Positions 20,078 through 29,874 of a stretch of 64,000 bases of DNA are shown here, piece after piece. The DNA is from an uncultured Chthonomonadaceae bacterium. Lineage in GTDB: Bacteria; Armatimonadota; Chthonomonadetes; Chthonomonadales; Chthonomonadaceae. Below the pieces are notes generated by a model that saw only the letters and a list, made by a program, of their open reading frames with translations, made no database searches and had not been told where the DNA came from. Each line of letters opens with the position of its first letter. The stretch's first letter is position 1. Both the position numbers and the translations under genes were made by a program. Location of the stretch: positions 224,001 through 288,000 of the forward strand of contig CAWIEK010000049.1 in NCBI GenBank assembly GCA_963835065.1, in the 5' to 3' direction.

Positions 20078-20854
20078 TTAGAGCGTTCTTTGCAGGAATT
20101 GTAAACTCCCTGATGTGGTGAAACACATCAGGGAGTTTGTTTTTGTTACTGATGGATTACTCTGGCGGGAGGGGGATGTGGCAGAGGGAATATCGGTTGA
20201 GAGTGTGGCGTGTTTGGCGGACGGGTCGGGGCGCAGGTGATGCCAGAGCCAGAAGGCGAACAGGGCGAGGATGACAACGCCGATTACCCCGTCGGCTTTG
20301 TGGAAGTAGGGCTTGAGTTTGTCCAGGTTATCGCCTACCTGTATACCGAGCCAGGCGAGGAAGTAGCACCAGGGTACGGAGCCTAGAAACGAGAGGGTGA
20401 CAAACGGCACAAACGGCATTTTCGCGATGCCGGCGGGCAGGGAAATGAAGGTACGGACGACGGGGAGCAGGCGCGCGATGAACACGGCTGCCGGACCGCG
20501 CTTTGCAAACCAAACTTCCGATTTTTCCACATCGTGACGGCGCAGCAGGATGTATTTGCCGTACTTGAACACGAACTCGCGCCCGCCTTTCGCGCCCACC
20601 CAATATGCAGCCGCGCTGCCCAACGCGCAGCCAAGCGCCCCGGCGAGAGCAACGAGGTGAAAATTCATCGGGTTGGGGTTGACGTGGCCTGCGATTGTGG
20701 CAAGTGTGAGCGCGCCGGCAAACGGCATGATGACTTCGCTCGGCAGGGGAATACACGCGCTTTCCAGCGCCATCAGCAGGATTACGCCCAGGTAGCCGCC
20801 ACTGCTGATAACGGATTTGATCCAGTTGCCTAACGCTTCGAGAATATGTTCCAA
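20078..20854 (-). CDS. DedA family membrane protein
   Basis: ESACIPLPSEVIMPFAG, RLLPVVRTFISLPAG; the true stop probably lies near 20157, before the hairpin. Confidence 0.92.
   Translation of the reverse strand: MEHILEALGNWIKSVISSGGYLGVILLMALESACIPLPSEVIMPFAGALTLATIAGHVNPNPMNFHLVALAGALGCALGSAAAYWVGAKGGREFVFKYGKYILLRRHDVEKSEVWFAKRGPAAVFIARLLPVVRTFISLPAGIAKMPFVPFVTLSFLGSVPWCYFLAWLGIQVGDNLDKLKPYFHKADGVIGVVILALFAFWLWHHLRPDPSAKHATLSTDIPSATSPSRQSNPSVTKTNSLMCFTTSGSLQFLQRTL
20103..20144. terminator. Probable bidirectional intrinsic terminator
   Basis: 15-bp stem AAACTCCCTGATGTG / CACATCAGGGAGTTT followed by T-run, between convergent genes. Confidence 0.75.
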
Positions 20855-20959
20855 AACAGTTGATCCTTTGATAGTCTGTAATCTTTGATTTCGTGGCGGG
20901 CGCAGCAAGCAACGCGCCTGCCTAACCTTTTGCAAACCCTTATATGTTTATGTGGCGAT

Positions 20960-22252
20960 TTAGCGCTTTTCAATAAGAGATTGGCTCAGGGTTTCCCAAT
21001 CCAGATCGGTGTCATGTGGTGTACGATTGGAACTGTCCGCAAACAAGGCGGTTGTATGCTGATCGCGGGCTTGCTCGTAGACGCGCAGGACGTTTTGCAC
21101 CATGCGTTCGGGCGTGTAGGCGCGGGCGTTGGCGCGGGCGTTGGCGCACATTCTGGCATGCAGGGTCGGGTTGGTGAGCAGCAGCACAATGCGGGAAGTG
21201 AAAGCGGCAGTGTCGCCATCTGCAATGCGAAACCCGTCTATCCCCTCCTGTACGGTTTCGGGCGCTCCTCCGGCATCTACAACCACGCAGGGCGCGCCTG
21301 CGGCGCGGGCTTCCCCGATTACCAATCCCTGCGTTTCGGAGGCAGAGGGAAAGCAGAACACGTCGCAGGCCGCAAACAATTCATCTAACTCGTGGCGCGG
21401 TATCGGGCCAAGAAATAAAACGTCGTCGTCAAAGGCTTCAGAAGCGGTTTTCAATTCCTCCCAGAGCGCGCCACTGCCCGCAAGCGCCAATTTCGCATCC
21501 GGCACATGGGCGCGAACGCGGCCAAAAACTTCCAGCAGCCAGTCTAAATTTTTTTCGCGGGCGATGCGACCTGCGTACAGCAACAGGGGAGCGTCCATGC
21601 TCACGCCTATACGTTCACGGGCTTTCTGTCGCGCTTGTTCGGTCAGAGTTGCCGGGGGCGGAAGTGGGATGCCGGTTGGCACGACGTTTATAGATCGGGT
21701 TACGCCGTAATTGCGCAGGGTTTGCGCGGCTATTTCCGAGGGGCAGATAATTTCCGTGCAGCGATTGTAATACCAGGGGAGATAATGCTCCATCAGGGAA
21801 ACGGTCATGCTGTCGGGAAGAATCGGGACATAGTGCGTGTATTGGGAGTACAGGGTATGGAACGTGGAAACCAATGGCACATCGCGCCTTATCGCCAGTT
21901 TCCCCCCGGTCAAGCCCATAACAAAGGGAGTATGGGTATGCACGACATCGAGTTTCAAACGGTCAAAATGGGTTTCTAAAGCAATGCGCGGCAGAAAGGG
22001 ATACGCGAGGGGGTATTCCCGGTTGAAGGCGGAAACGAACGAAGGGAAGCGCAAAACATAGGCTTCCGAATCGGGCTGCTGCACATGGGCAGGCGCAAAG
22101 ATGCAGACGTGATTGTTCAGCGCGCGCAGCCCGGAAATCAGGGTCAACACGGACGTGGAAACGCCATTCTGCACCGGATGAAACGACTCGGAAAACATGC
22201 CGATGCGGTAGCCGTTGTGCGGCGGTGTCCTGTGTGGAGGGGTATCAGCCAT
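20960..22252 (-). CDS. GT4 glycosyltransferase (diacylglycerol glucosyltransferase-like)
   Basis: NGVSTSV, HTHTPF, TFHTLY, GRIAREKN, SETQGLVIGEA. Confidence 0.9.
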   Translation of the reverse strand: MADTPPHRTPPHNGYRIGMFSESFHPVQNGVSTSVLTLISGLRALNNHVCIFAPAHVQQPDSEAYVLRFPSFVSAFNREYPLAYPFLPRIALETHFDRLKLDVVHTHTPFVMGLTGGKLAIRRDVPLVSTFHTLYSQYTHYVPILPDSMTVSLMEHYLPWYYNRCTEIICPSEIAAQTLRNYGVTRSINVVPTGIPLPPPATLTEQARQKARERIGVSMDAPLLLYAGRIAREKNLDWLLEVFGRVRAHVPDAKLALAGSGALWEELKTASEAFDDDVLFLGPIPRHELDELFAACDVFCFPSASETQGLVIGEARAAGAPCVVVDAGGAPETVQEGIDGFRIADGDTAAFTSRIVLLLTNPTLHARMCANARANARAYTPERMVQNVLRVYEQARDQHTTALFADSSNRTPHDTDLDWETLSQSLIEKR

Positions 22253-22258
22253 CGTTGT

Positions 22259-23671
22259 TCAGCCGTCTTTCCCGGTATCAAGGATATACTCTTCATCGGG
22301 CAGGCCTGCGATGCGCTCCGCCTGTCGGTCAGCGGCAAGCGCGGCCTGCTGCGTTTCCAGAAACGCGAGTATATCGGAAAGACGAAAACGGCGCTGACGG
22401 GTTTCCTTATCACCGGAAGAATTGCTGTCGCCCGTACTTCTGGCTCCCCGTTCCGGCTCCTTGCGGTAATAGGTAAGAATGCCTTTGTTGGTATAGCGGC
22501 GAACGGTTGTGGGGCAGACATTCAGCAATCGGGCGGCATCTTCCAGAGATAGAATCGGATCGAGCAAACGCTCTATCAATTCGTGCCGTTTCTCCTGAAA
22601 GGGGCGTTTGTAGGAGAATTGGGCCACTTCCTGCTCTTCTTCCAGTCGTTCCAGCGCAAGCAGGGTTTGGACATGGCGCGGAACCGTCGCCCACAGTTCG
22701 GAAGCGGACATACCGGAAGGAACATTATCAGGGCGGATATTACGGGCATGGCGGGCGCGCGAGCGCGGGGTACGGCGCATACTGCCGGTGTCTTGTAAAG
22801 TTTCGGTGTCTTCCGTCGGAAGTTCTTCAGGTTGGGTTACTTCTGTCGCTGCTTCTTCCGGTTGCGCCTGCGCATGTTGTGCTTGCGTGATGGGGTTCTC
22901 GGTTCTGGAGGCAGGGTTGGAAGACGAGGACGAAAGCGGTTCGGTAAACGTGACCGAAGAATTGGCTATTAAATCGGCGTCCATATTGGATGCTGTGTTG
23001 GCAGCCGGAAGTGAAGCGGCGTGAGTAGGGGGCAGGTAATGGGCAAAGGAGGGTATGTCCGCATCCAGATTCAAAATAGGCTGAAACGGATTGGATGAAG
23101 GGTTGGATTCAGGAGCAGGTTCAGAAACAAGGGGCGTGGAAGATTCCGTGGTTTGTCCGGTGACAGTATTTGCTTCCTGAGCAGTGCCAACAAGGGTGTT
23201 CTGGCTGCGGCGGCGAGTGCGATTGTTGACTTCTTGAACAGGTTCGGTATTTGTAGGCGGTAACGTTTGTTCCGGCAGGGGAGTGAGCAGTTCGATGCGC
23301 GGCGCGCGTGGGGAAGGAACAAGAGTTTCGGTTTGCACAGACGGCGCAACAACCATAGTCACAACATTTTGGATGGCGTTGGGCGTTGTTTCCGGCCTTG
23401 CTCCCGCAAGTGGGGTTTGCGCGTAGCGCGGCTCCGGCAGGCCAGGCGTGACGGCAGGAACGTCCTGCTTCTCAGAAGTTGGCTTTTCAGAAACCGGCGT
23501 AGCAGGTACAGGTTCTTCGCGCAGTTCCTGAACAGGAGCCGCAGAAGCAGTACCGGCAACTTCCAAAGGAACCGGCGCAGCAGTTTTTGAGGCGGGAACC
23601 GGTTGCGGTTCGTCATCCAGAAATTGAGACCCGATGTACTTCTGCCATTCGTCCAGCCGCACGATGATCAA
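22259..23671 (-). CDS. Excisionase/MerR-like helix-turn-helix protein with long P/T/E-rich disordered N-terminus
   Basis: C-terminal LSLEDAARLLNVCPTTVRRYTNKG...RQRRFRLSDILAFL. Confidence 0.75.
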   Translation of the reverse strand: MIIVRLDEWQKYIGSQFLDDEPQPVPASKTAAPVPLEVAGTASAAPVQELREEPVPATPVSEKPTSEKQDVPAVTPGLPEPRYAQTPLAGARPETTPNAIQNVVTMVVAPSVQTETLVPSPRAPRIELLTPLPEQTLPPTNTEPVQEVNNRTRRRSQNTLVGTAQEANTVTGQTTESSTPLVSEPAPESNPSSNPFQPILNLDADIPSFAHYLPPTHAASLPAANTASNMDADLIANSSVTFTEPLSSSSSNPASRTENPITQAQHAQAQPEEAATEVTQPEELPTEDTETLQDTGSMRRTPRSRARHARNIRPDNVPSGMSASELWATVPRHVQTLLALERLEEEQEVAQFSYKRPFQEKRHELIERLLDPILSLEDAARLLNVCPTTVRRYTNKGILTYYRKEPERGARSTGDSNSSGDKETRQRRFRLSDILAFLETQQAALAADRQAERIAGLPDEEYILDTGKDG

Positions 23672-23689
23672 CCTTTCTTGTTGTATCTT

Positions 23690-24739
23690 TTAGATGATGA
23701 GCATGGCGTCGCCGAAACTGTAGAAGCGGTACTGCTCGTTGACGGCTTCGGCATACGCGGCAAGAATGTGTTCGCGGGTCGCCAGCGCGGAAATCAGCAT
23801 CAGCAGCGTGGAGCGCGGCAGATGAAAATTGGTAATCAGGGCGTCTACGGCGCGGAACGTGTAACCCGGCGTGATAAACAGGCGCGTTTCTCCCGTGAAG
23901 GCGGCTATCCGCGTCGTTGTCACTTCTTGTGCCGCTGATTCGAGGGCGCGAACGCTGGTCGTACCAACGGCAATCACACGACCTTGTGTTTGATTGATGA
24001 TTTGCGCCGCTTCCTCGGAAACGGACACCCATTCGCCGTGCATTTGGTGGTCGGCGGTATCGTCGGTTTTGACGGGGCGGAATGTGTCTACGCCGACATG
24101 GAGCGTGACGCGGGCAATTTGAACGTTCATCGCCTGCGCCTGCGTCAGCATAGTTTCGGTGAAATGCAAGCCGGCAGTAGGCGCGGCGGCGGAACCATTG
24201 TGCTGCGCATAAACGGTCTGGTAGCGCTCTTCGGCGGCAGTCGGCAGGGGCGTATGGATATAAGGCGGCAGGGGCGAAGAACCCCATAAGCCGACCCGAT
24301 CCCTCGCCTGCGAGTCCGTGAATTCGAGCAGGCGACCCCCTTCATCCGTTTCGCCAACGATCTGCGCCGTTTCCTGTGGCGGTACGCCGTTGAGCGTGAT
24401 TTCGTCGGGGCCGAGCAACGCCAGAGTGGTTCCTTCGCGGAGTGGGCGTCCCGGCTTGACAAGGGCTGCCCATTGCCGCGCTCCGACCGGGCGCAACAGC
24501 AGGATTTCGGCTTCCCTGCCGTTTGCGCGAATCCCGCGCAGGCGGCGGGCGATTACTCTGGTATCGTTGATAACCAGCGTATCGCCGGCGCGAAGGTAGG
24601 TCAGCAAGTCAGGAAATTGGCGGTGTTCGATTTGTCCATCAGCGCGGCGTAATACCAGCAGGCGCGATTCGCCGCGTGGCAGGGGCGTTTGCGCAATCAA
24701 TTCGGGAGGCAGATGGTAGTCGAATAAGTCTGTCCGCAT
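23690..24739 (-). CDS. queA: S-adenosylmethionine:tRNA ribosyltransferase-isomerase
   Basis: FDYHLPPELIAQ, NDTRVI, PLPPYI, YQTVYA, AAPTAGLHF, VGTTSVRALE, TNFHLPRSTL, YRFYSFGDAM. Confidence 0.98.
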   Translation of the reverse strand: MRTDLFDYHLPPELIAQTPLPRGESRLLVLRRADGQIEHRQFPDLLTYLRAGDTLVINDTRVIARRLRGIRANGREAEILLLRPVGARQWAALVKPGRPLREGTTLALLGPDEITLNGVPPQETAQIVGETDEGGRLLEFTDSQARDRVGLWGSSPLPPYIHTPLPTAAEERYQTVYAQHNGSAAAPTAGLHFTETMLTQAQAMNVQIARVTLHVGVDTFRPVKTDDTADHQMHGEWVSVSEEAAQIINQTQGRVIAVGTTSVRALESAAQEVTTTRIAAFTGETRLFITPGYTFRAVDALITNFHLPRSTLLMLISALATREHILAAYAEAVNEQYRFYSFGDAMLII

Positions 24740-24828
24740 GGTTCAACAGCGCGTTTATAGATTGCTTTCGTTGGTGTGAATAATTGATAATGGCGGCAGG
24801 CACAACGTCTGTCGAACAAACTTCGAGT

Positions 24829-24858
24829 ATTGTAGCGTTTACACGTACCGGCTGTCAA
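24829..24858 (-). promoter_or_regulatory. Sigma-70 type promoter upstream of queA
   Basis: Minus strand TTGACA-N18-TACAAT. Confidence 0.55.
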
Positions 24859-24964
24859 CAGTTTTGTATAGGTTTGGGCGGAAAATACGGGCTAAACGAG
24901 AAAAACCGGTTCAACATAGCGTTGCCGCGTTCAACCGAATTTTATAATCCGGTTGAAAACAGTT

Positions 24965-25924
24965 TCAGAAGGAGCCAACCTGAAGCGCGGAAGGAATATC
25001 TTCCGGGGGTACGCCGAGTTCCAGGTAGGCTTGCCGCAATCGCTGCTTGACAAGGGGAAGATCATCGGCGGGAATGTTGAGCAGGCGCGCGTCCGCGTTG
25101 AGTTGGGAGGCTGCCGCAATCAGCATTTCCGGGTTGGGAGCGCCGTCGGGACTGCGGTACGCGAGTTTCCAGGTGGCGGAATCGTTGGGATCGGCGACAT
25201 AAGCGTAGCATTGGGGAAGCGTGGGCGCGGCCTGCGATTCGGAACGCGCGGCGAGGGCTTCGGGATGAAGGACTTCCTGCAAAAGCACGTTGAGCAACGT
25301 CTGACGATCCACGCGGAAGTTGGCTGTGCGCAGCAGTTCGCGGCGCAACAGGTTCAGCATTTCTTCGGAAAGCAGCAGGGCGGCGATGCGTCCGGGATTA
25401 AGGGCGCGAACGTGCTGCCAGTAGTGGACAAGCGCGTTCTGTTCCATGCCCTCTTTGCTGAGAAGGGAAAACAGGGCGGCTTTTTCTTCCAATGAGGAAG
25501 CGTCGAGCAGGGAAACGCGAAAAATCAGTTCGGGGTGGCGGTCCTGCCCGACGCCTAATTGATAGCAGGCCCACACATCGGCGTTGGAAAGCAGCGCCCA
25601 CTGGCAATACGCGGGCGTGTTGGTTCCGCTCAGGCGCAGCAGATGGGCGGCATGGGGAACCGCGCCGAGCGCTTTGACAAGCAGGAGCATGGTCAGCCTG
25701 CCGTTGAGCAGGATGGCGTGATCGGCGTTAGGGCCGCGCACGCTGGTCTCCGCCGTGACATCAAAAAAGGGGTCGTAGCCGAGCATATCGCCGAGCATGG
25801 CTTTTACAATGTCGGCGGTGTCGCGCTCGTTCATGCCGCGCTGCCGCGCCTGCTGGACGATGCGGCTGTATTTTTTGATGCCATCTTGTATGTGGCTGCG
25901 CGTTTGATCGCTGATGCGTAGCAT
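24965..25924 (-). CDS. Hypothetical protein with HsdR N-terminal-like (PD-(D/E)xK) domain, apparently degenerate
   Basis: NERDT...LGDMLGYDPF.DVTAE...ADHAI......LLLVKA...WALLSNADVW..Y pattern. Confidence 0.6.
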   Translation of the reverse strand: MLRISDQTRSHIQDGIKKYSRIVQQARQRGMNERDTADIVKAMLGDMLGYDPFFDVTAETSVRGPNADHAILLNGRLTMLLLVKALGAVPHAAHLLRLSGTNTPAYCQWALLSNADVWACYQLGVGQDRHPELIFRVSLLDASSLEEKAALFSLLSKEGMEQNALVHYWQHVRALNPGRIAALLLSEEMLNLLRRELLRTANFRVDRQTLLNVLLQEVLHPEALAARSESQAAPTLPQCYAYVADPNDSATWKLAYRSPDGAPNPEMLIAAASQLNADARLLNIPADDLPLVKQRLRQAYLELGVPPEDIPSALQVGSF

Positions 25925-25933
25925 GATGCCTCC

Positions 25934-26266
25934 TCAGGGTTCCTCGAATTCCCACAGGGAAACATAAATAGTGCCGTTTTCCACGTCAACCGCGTACACG
26001 GGCAGGCCATAGCCGCCAACCGTAAGACAATCTCCCGATTGGGGATCGAAGGCGTAGCCATGACGGCGGCAGATGATGCGCCCTCGTTCGATGGGCGCGT
26101 TTTGCAGGGAAGCGTTCTGGTGCGGGCACACGCTGCCGACGGCATGGTAGCGGCCCTGATGATAAAACAGGGCACATTCGCCGCCATCCGCGCCAAGTTT
26201 GACGACATAGCCGGTATCCGGCAAAATATCCGCTGTTTGAGCGACGGCATAACGCGCTTTACGCAT
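25934..26266 (-). CDS. Rieske [2Fe-2S] ferredoxin
   Basis: CPHQ and CRRHG ligand motifs; FD..SG.C; LPVY.V.VE.G.IYV. Confidence 0.88.
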   Translation of the reverse strand: MRKARYAVAQTADILPDTGYVVKLGADGGECALFYHQGRYHAVGSVCPHQNASLQNAPIERGRIICRRHGYAFDPQSGDCLTVGGYGLPVYAVDVENGTIYVSLWEFEEP

Positions 26267-26280
26267 GGAAGTATTAGAGG

Positions 26281-26322
26281 CCCTCAACCCCCAGCCCCTT
26301 CTCCCAAAGTTGGGAGAAGGGG
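26281..26322. repeat. REP-like hairpin (CCCCTTCTCCC family)
   Basis: CCCCTTCTCCCAA / TTGGGAGAAGGGG with CCCTCAACCCCCAG leader, similar to 2745-2791. Confidence 0.7.
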
Positions 26323-26328
26323 AGCAAA

Positions 26329-27484
26329 TCAGCCGCCTAATTGACTCATGTTGCGGCCAATGGGCATCATGCCGTCTTCCAGGCGGTGTTCTTTGGGCTT
26401 GTGGAATACGGTCAGGCGGAACAGGTCGGCAATGTCTTCGTCGGTGGCATTGCTGCGCAAAGGGGTACGCAAATCCACTTCGCCGTCCGCCATGAGACAG
26501 GGGCGTAGCTGGCCGTCGGCGGTCAGGCGCAGGCGGTTGCAATTCTGGCACAGGTCATTGGTGATCTGGCTGATGAAGCCTACCGTTCCGATTGCGCCGG
26601 GCAGCCGGTAGGAACGCGCGGGGCCGTTGGTCTGCACTTCGGCGGGCGACAGGGTTCCAAGTGACACACTCGATCTGCTCGCGCATTTCCTGCGTGGAAA
26701 CAAACGACTTGCGCATCTGGCGGGCGTCCAATTGCCCGGTTTGGCTGTCCGCAGTGGGCAGTTTGAAACCGGAGCGGAAGGAAGCGAGATTGGGCTGGGC
26801 GTACAGGGTCATGTTGGTATCGCGGCGATAACCGGGCGCGGCGGCAAGCGCGGACAAGTCCGGCAGTCCGATTTCCGCCTGACTGTCATCGCCCTGACTC
26901 CAGTTGATGGGCATCAATTCGATAAAGCGGACGTCAAACGGCTGTTCCAGCGTCATGCGGGCGAAATCTACGACTTCATCCTCATTCCAGCCGCGCATCA
27001 CGACGCAGTTGAGTTTGATGGGCGACAATCCTGCGGATTGCGCGGCTTCAATGCCTTGCAGCACATCCTCTAAATTGCCCCTGCGGGCTATCCGGGCAAA
27101 GCGTTCCGGCTTGAGCGTGTCAAGGCTGATGTTGACGCGGTTCAAGCCGCTGCGGGCGAACTCGTCCGCGTAACGGGCAAGCAAAAACCCGTTGGTGGTC
27201 AGGGAAAGGTCGCGCAAGCCGGGAAGGGAGCCGATTTTGTTGACAAGCAGATCAATGTCGCGGCGTACAAGCGGTTCGCCCCCGGTCAGTCGGATTTTGG
27301 TCATGCCCAAATCAACCGCGATACGCGCCAGCCGTTCGATTTCCTCATACGTGAGTATTTCGGCTTTCGGAGCGACGGGAGCGCCGGCTTCCGGCATACA
27401 ATACACGCAGCGAAAATTGCAGCGGTCGGTGACGCTGATGCGCAGATAGTCAATGGTGCGGTTGTAGGAGTCGATGAGTGGCAT
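26329..27484 (-). CDS. moaA: GTP 3',8-cyclase MoaA (frameshift near 26660)
   Basis: YLRISVTDRCNFRCVYCMP, LTGGEPL, RFIELMP; C-terminal CQNCNRLRLTADGQLRPCL and MSQLGG in ORF 26329-26703. Confidence 0.95.
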
Positions 27485-27552
27485 AGTTATAGACTATTAT
27501 ACGCTATTGTTGGCGCGTTAGTCTTCAATGTTGTAAAAGACATAACCCAAAA

Positions 27553-29193
27553 TTATAACGGCGGCAGGTCATCGGGATCAATGGGGTCTTTGCCGTTGGG
27601 AACGGGCTTTGTCGGCGGTTTAGGCGCAGTGGGTGTCGTGGGAACAACCTGAATGGGAACGCGCAGGAGGGTTGTGCCGACGATGGCGGTGATGGTTCCC
27701 GCGCCGGGTTTGCTGCCGATGAAAACGCCCTGCTGGGACATAAAGCCGAAGCCGTCGCCCGTACCCCAAAGAATGTTTTGCGGGGGAATGGGTTTGTTGT
27801 CGCCGTCGAGTACCTGAAAGCGGAAGGGTTGGTCCTGACGCACTTGAACGCCCATGATGTCGGAGGGCGCAATGTGCAGGTCTTGTGTCGTAAATGTGGC
27901 TGAGGAAGCGCCGGCAAGCGGAATTGTGGAAGCCGCCTGTGGATTGCCGTAAATGAGCAGGCCGTCGGCAACCGGGCGTTCGCGTCCATCCGATGGGCTG
28001 TTGACGACGCTGCCGCCTATGACCATTGTGGTGGAGCCGCCGCCGTCGAAGTTCATCGCATTAACTGCGCCTAATCGCTTCATAATCGCGGCCATTTCGG
28101 CAAGGGACGCGCCCTGACTCCATTTTGCGCGTCCGTCTACGGTGACGAGCAGAAGATTGCCTTGAGCGTCCACGCCCGCCGCCGTGCGCGGGTGGCGCTT
28201 ATCAATGAAGTCGGCTTTGCCAAAACCTTCGGCTTCGCCATCTACGGCAATCTGGCCGTTGCGCACGAGAACCGGCCCGCCGCCAACCGCCTGCTCTATG
28301 TCCGTCCATACGGGCACGTATCTGCCTCCCCGCGAGAAATCGGCGCGAGAAGCGTATTTGCCACGCGAGGGTGGGGCGGTATTGGGCGTCACATCAAAGC
28401 GGAAGTGGAGAGTATCGCCCTGCCGACAATGCGCGGACAGCCACGCCGCGCCGTTTCCGACCATAACAATCTGAACATTATGCCCGACGGTTTGCGAAAC
28501 GTTTTCACCGGAGCCGAGGGGAGCAACGCTTTCTACAACACCCTGCGCGGTTTGGCCGAGTTTGACAGGCAAATTAACGTCTCGAAGCGTTACCGCCACT
28601 CCGTTCTTTTCAATGGAAGGCATGGCGGTATATGTGGGCGTCAAGACAATCGCGTCGCCGTCATGCGGAACGCGGTTGATGCCGGTCAGACTGAGCGTGG
28701 CTCCATCCGGCGCGAGCAGCGTTCCGACAGAAAGCAGAACGTTTATTTGGATGCCCTGCCTGCCGATGCCCAGGGCGGCGCGATAGCCGAGTGGCTCACT
28801 GAGGAGTTCGCCGTCGCGTATGGCAAGGCCGAGTGGGTCGCCGGTGAAAGGAAAGAAGTCGGCGTTGACGGCGGCAATGGCATTGTGCCGAATGGCAAGG
28901 CTATGCATCTCTTCGCGGCCTTTTGTCGGGCCGGCAAGCGAGATTACATCCTGCGCCTGCCCGGTTTGCACATGGACGCCGGGCGTGTTCAGGTCAATGC
29001 GGAGGATGTTGATAAGCAGGGGCGCGGTTCCCCCGACAAGTTCCTGCGTGTATTGAATTCCGGGCGCAAGCAGTCGCGTACTGGATTGCGCGTGGGAAAC
29101 GCGCGGTAACAACGGCAGCCCTGCCAGCAGGAGCAGAAAACGGGCAGATATGGTTAATTTGAAAAATTTATGAGAAGAAAAGGAAAAAATCAC
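27553..29193 (-). CDS. Secreted phosphodiester glycosidase (NAGPA-like) family protein
   Basis: Signal peptide; AVNADFF, GGGPVLV, RHPRTAAG, VDGR, NFDGGGST. Confidence 0.88.
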   Translation of the reverse strand: MIFSFSSHKFFKLTISARFLLLLAGLPLLPRVSHAQSSTRLLAPGIQYTQELVGGTAPLLINILRIDLNTPGVHVQTGQAQDVISLAGPTKGREEMHSLAIRHNAIAAVNADFFPFTGDPLGLAIRDGELLSEPLGYRAALGIGRQGIQINVLLSVGTLLAPDGATLSLTGINRVPHDGDAIVLTPTYTAMPSIEKNGVAVTLRDVNLPVKLGQTAQGVVESVAPLGSGENVSQTVGHNVQIVMVGNGAAWLSAHCRQGDTLHFRFDVTPNTAPPSRGKYASRADFSRGGRYVPVWTDIEQAVGGGPVLVRNGQIAVDGEAEGFGKADFIDKRHPRTAAGVDAQGNLLLVTVDGRAKWSQGASLAEMAAIMKRLGAVNAMNFDGGGSTTMVIGGSVVNSPSDGRERPVADGLLIYGNPQAASTIPLAGASSATFTTQDLHIAPSDIMGVQVRQDQPFRFQVLDGDNKPIPPQNILWGTGDGFGFMSQQGVFIGSKPGAGTITAIVGTTLLRVPIQVVPTTPTAPKPPTKPVPNGKDPIDPDDLPPL

Positions 29194-29420
29194 CGGCGGC
29201 TACCTTCTAAAACAAGGGGTGAGTGTGAATATAGAGTGTCGTATGACGCGCAGTAGAAGCAATGCGCGTCGCGTAAGTTCAAGAGCGGTACGGGATGAAG
29301 CGTTGCGTTTTCAGGCGCGTTTGGCGTACAATGGTTGTGTTTAATTGGCGGCTTGCATCTCGTCTGCACATTCAGCCGTTGCGCATGGTTTGCTTCAGCA
29401 CAGGAAAGGCGCGGAACCGG

Positions 29421-29684
29421 ATGGAAATGCCAAAACTGCAAATTAAAGCGCCTGCCGCAAGCGCTCGGTGCGCGCAGTGTGGCAGCGGCGAGGTGTCGAG
29501 CCTGCCGTTTTTCGCGCTTGGCTGCGGACAAGTGTACCGCGCGATTGCCGACGATGTGATCTGTCGGCGGTGCGGGCATACCGGGCAGCCGGTATACAAA
29601 GGCAGTGGAAACGCAAAACCGCCTGCGACGGGAACGCAGGCGGGGGCAAAGAGCGCGGAGCAAAAGCCGCCCAAATCGGAGTGA
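29421..29684 (+). CDS. Small putative zinc-ribbon protein
   Basis: CAQCGS...CRRCGH; AGGAAAGG upstream; the stop overlaps the 3' end of tRNA-Pro. Confidence 0.5.
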   Translation: MEMPKLQIKAPAASARCAQCGSGEVSSLPFFALGCGQVYRAIADDVICRRCGHTGQPVYKGSGNAKPPATGTQAGAKSAEQKPPKSE

Positions 29685-29748
29685 CAGGATTCGAACCTGC
29701 GACCTGATCGTCCCAAACGACCCGCGCTACCAACTGCGCCACACTCCG
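29676..29748 (-). tRNA. tRNA-Pro(TGG)
   Basis: CGGAGTG/CACTCCG acceptor stem, GGCGCAGTTGGTAGCGCG D arm, TT-TGG-GA loop, GGTTCGAATCC; CCA not encoded. Confidence 0.96.
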
Positions 29749-29791
29749 GCACGTCCCTGCTTCCACGTTGAATGTGATAGGGACGCCATGT

Positions 29792-29820
29792 ATTATATTC
29801 CAGGCAGGCGCGTAAGTCAA
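29792..29820 (-). promoter_or_regulatory. Sigma-70 promoter of tRNA-Pro
   Basis: Minus strand TTGACT-N17-TATAAT. Confidence 0.8.
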
Positions 29821-29874
29821 GGCTGACGCAGATAATCGCTTCTGCAACCGGCAATACTGGGTTGACAGCAATGA

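Noticed and set aside
24740..24830. preQ1 riboswitch or LexA box upstream of queA
   Set aside because: No preQ1 consensus; CGAAC-AAA-CTTCG has the wrong spacing and half-site for a GAAC-N4-GTTC box.
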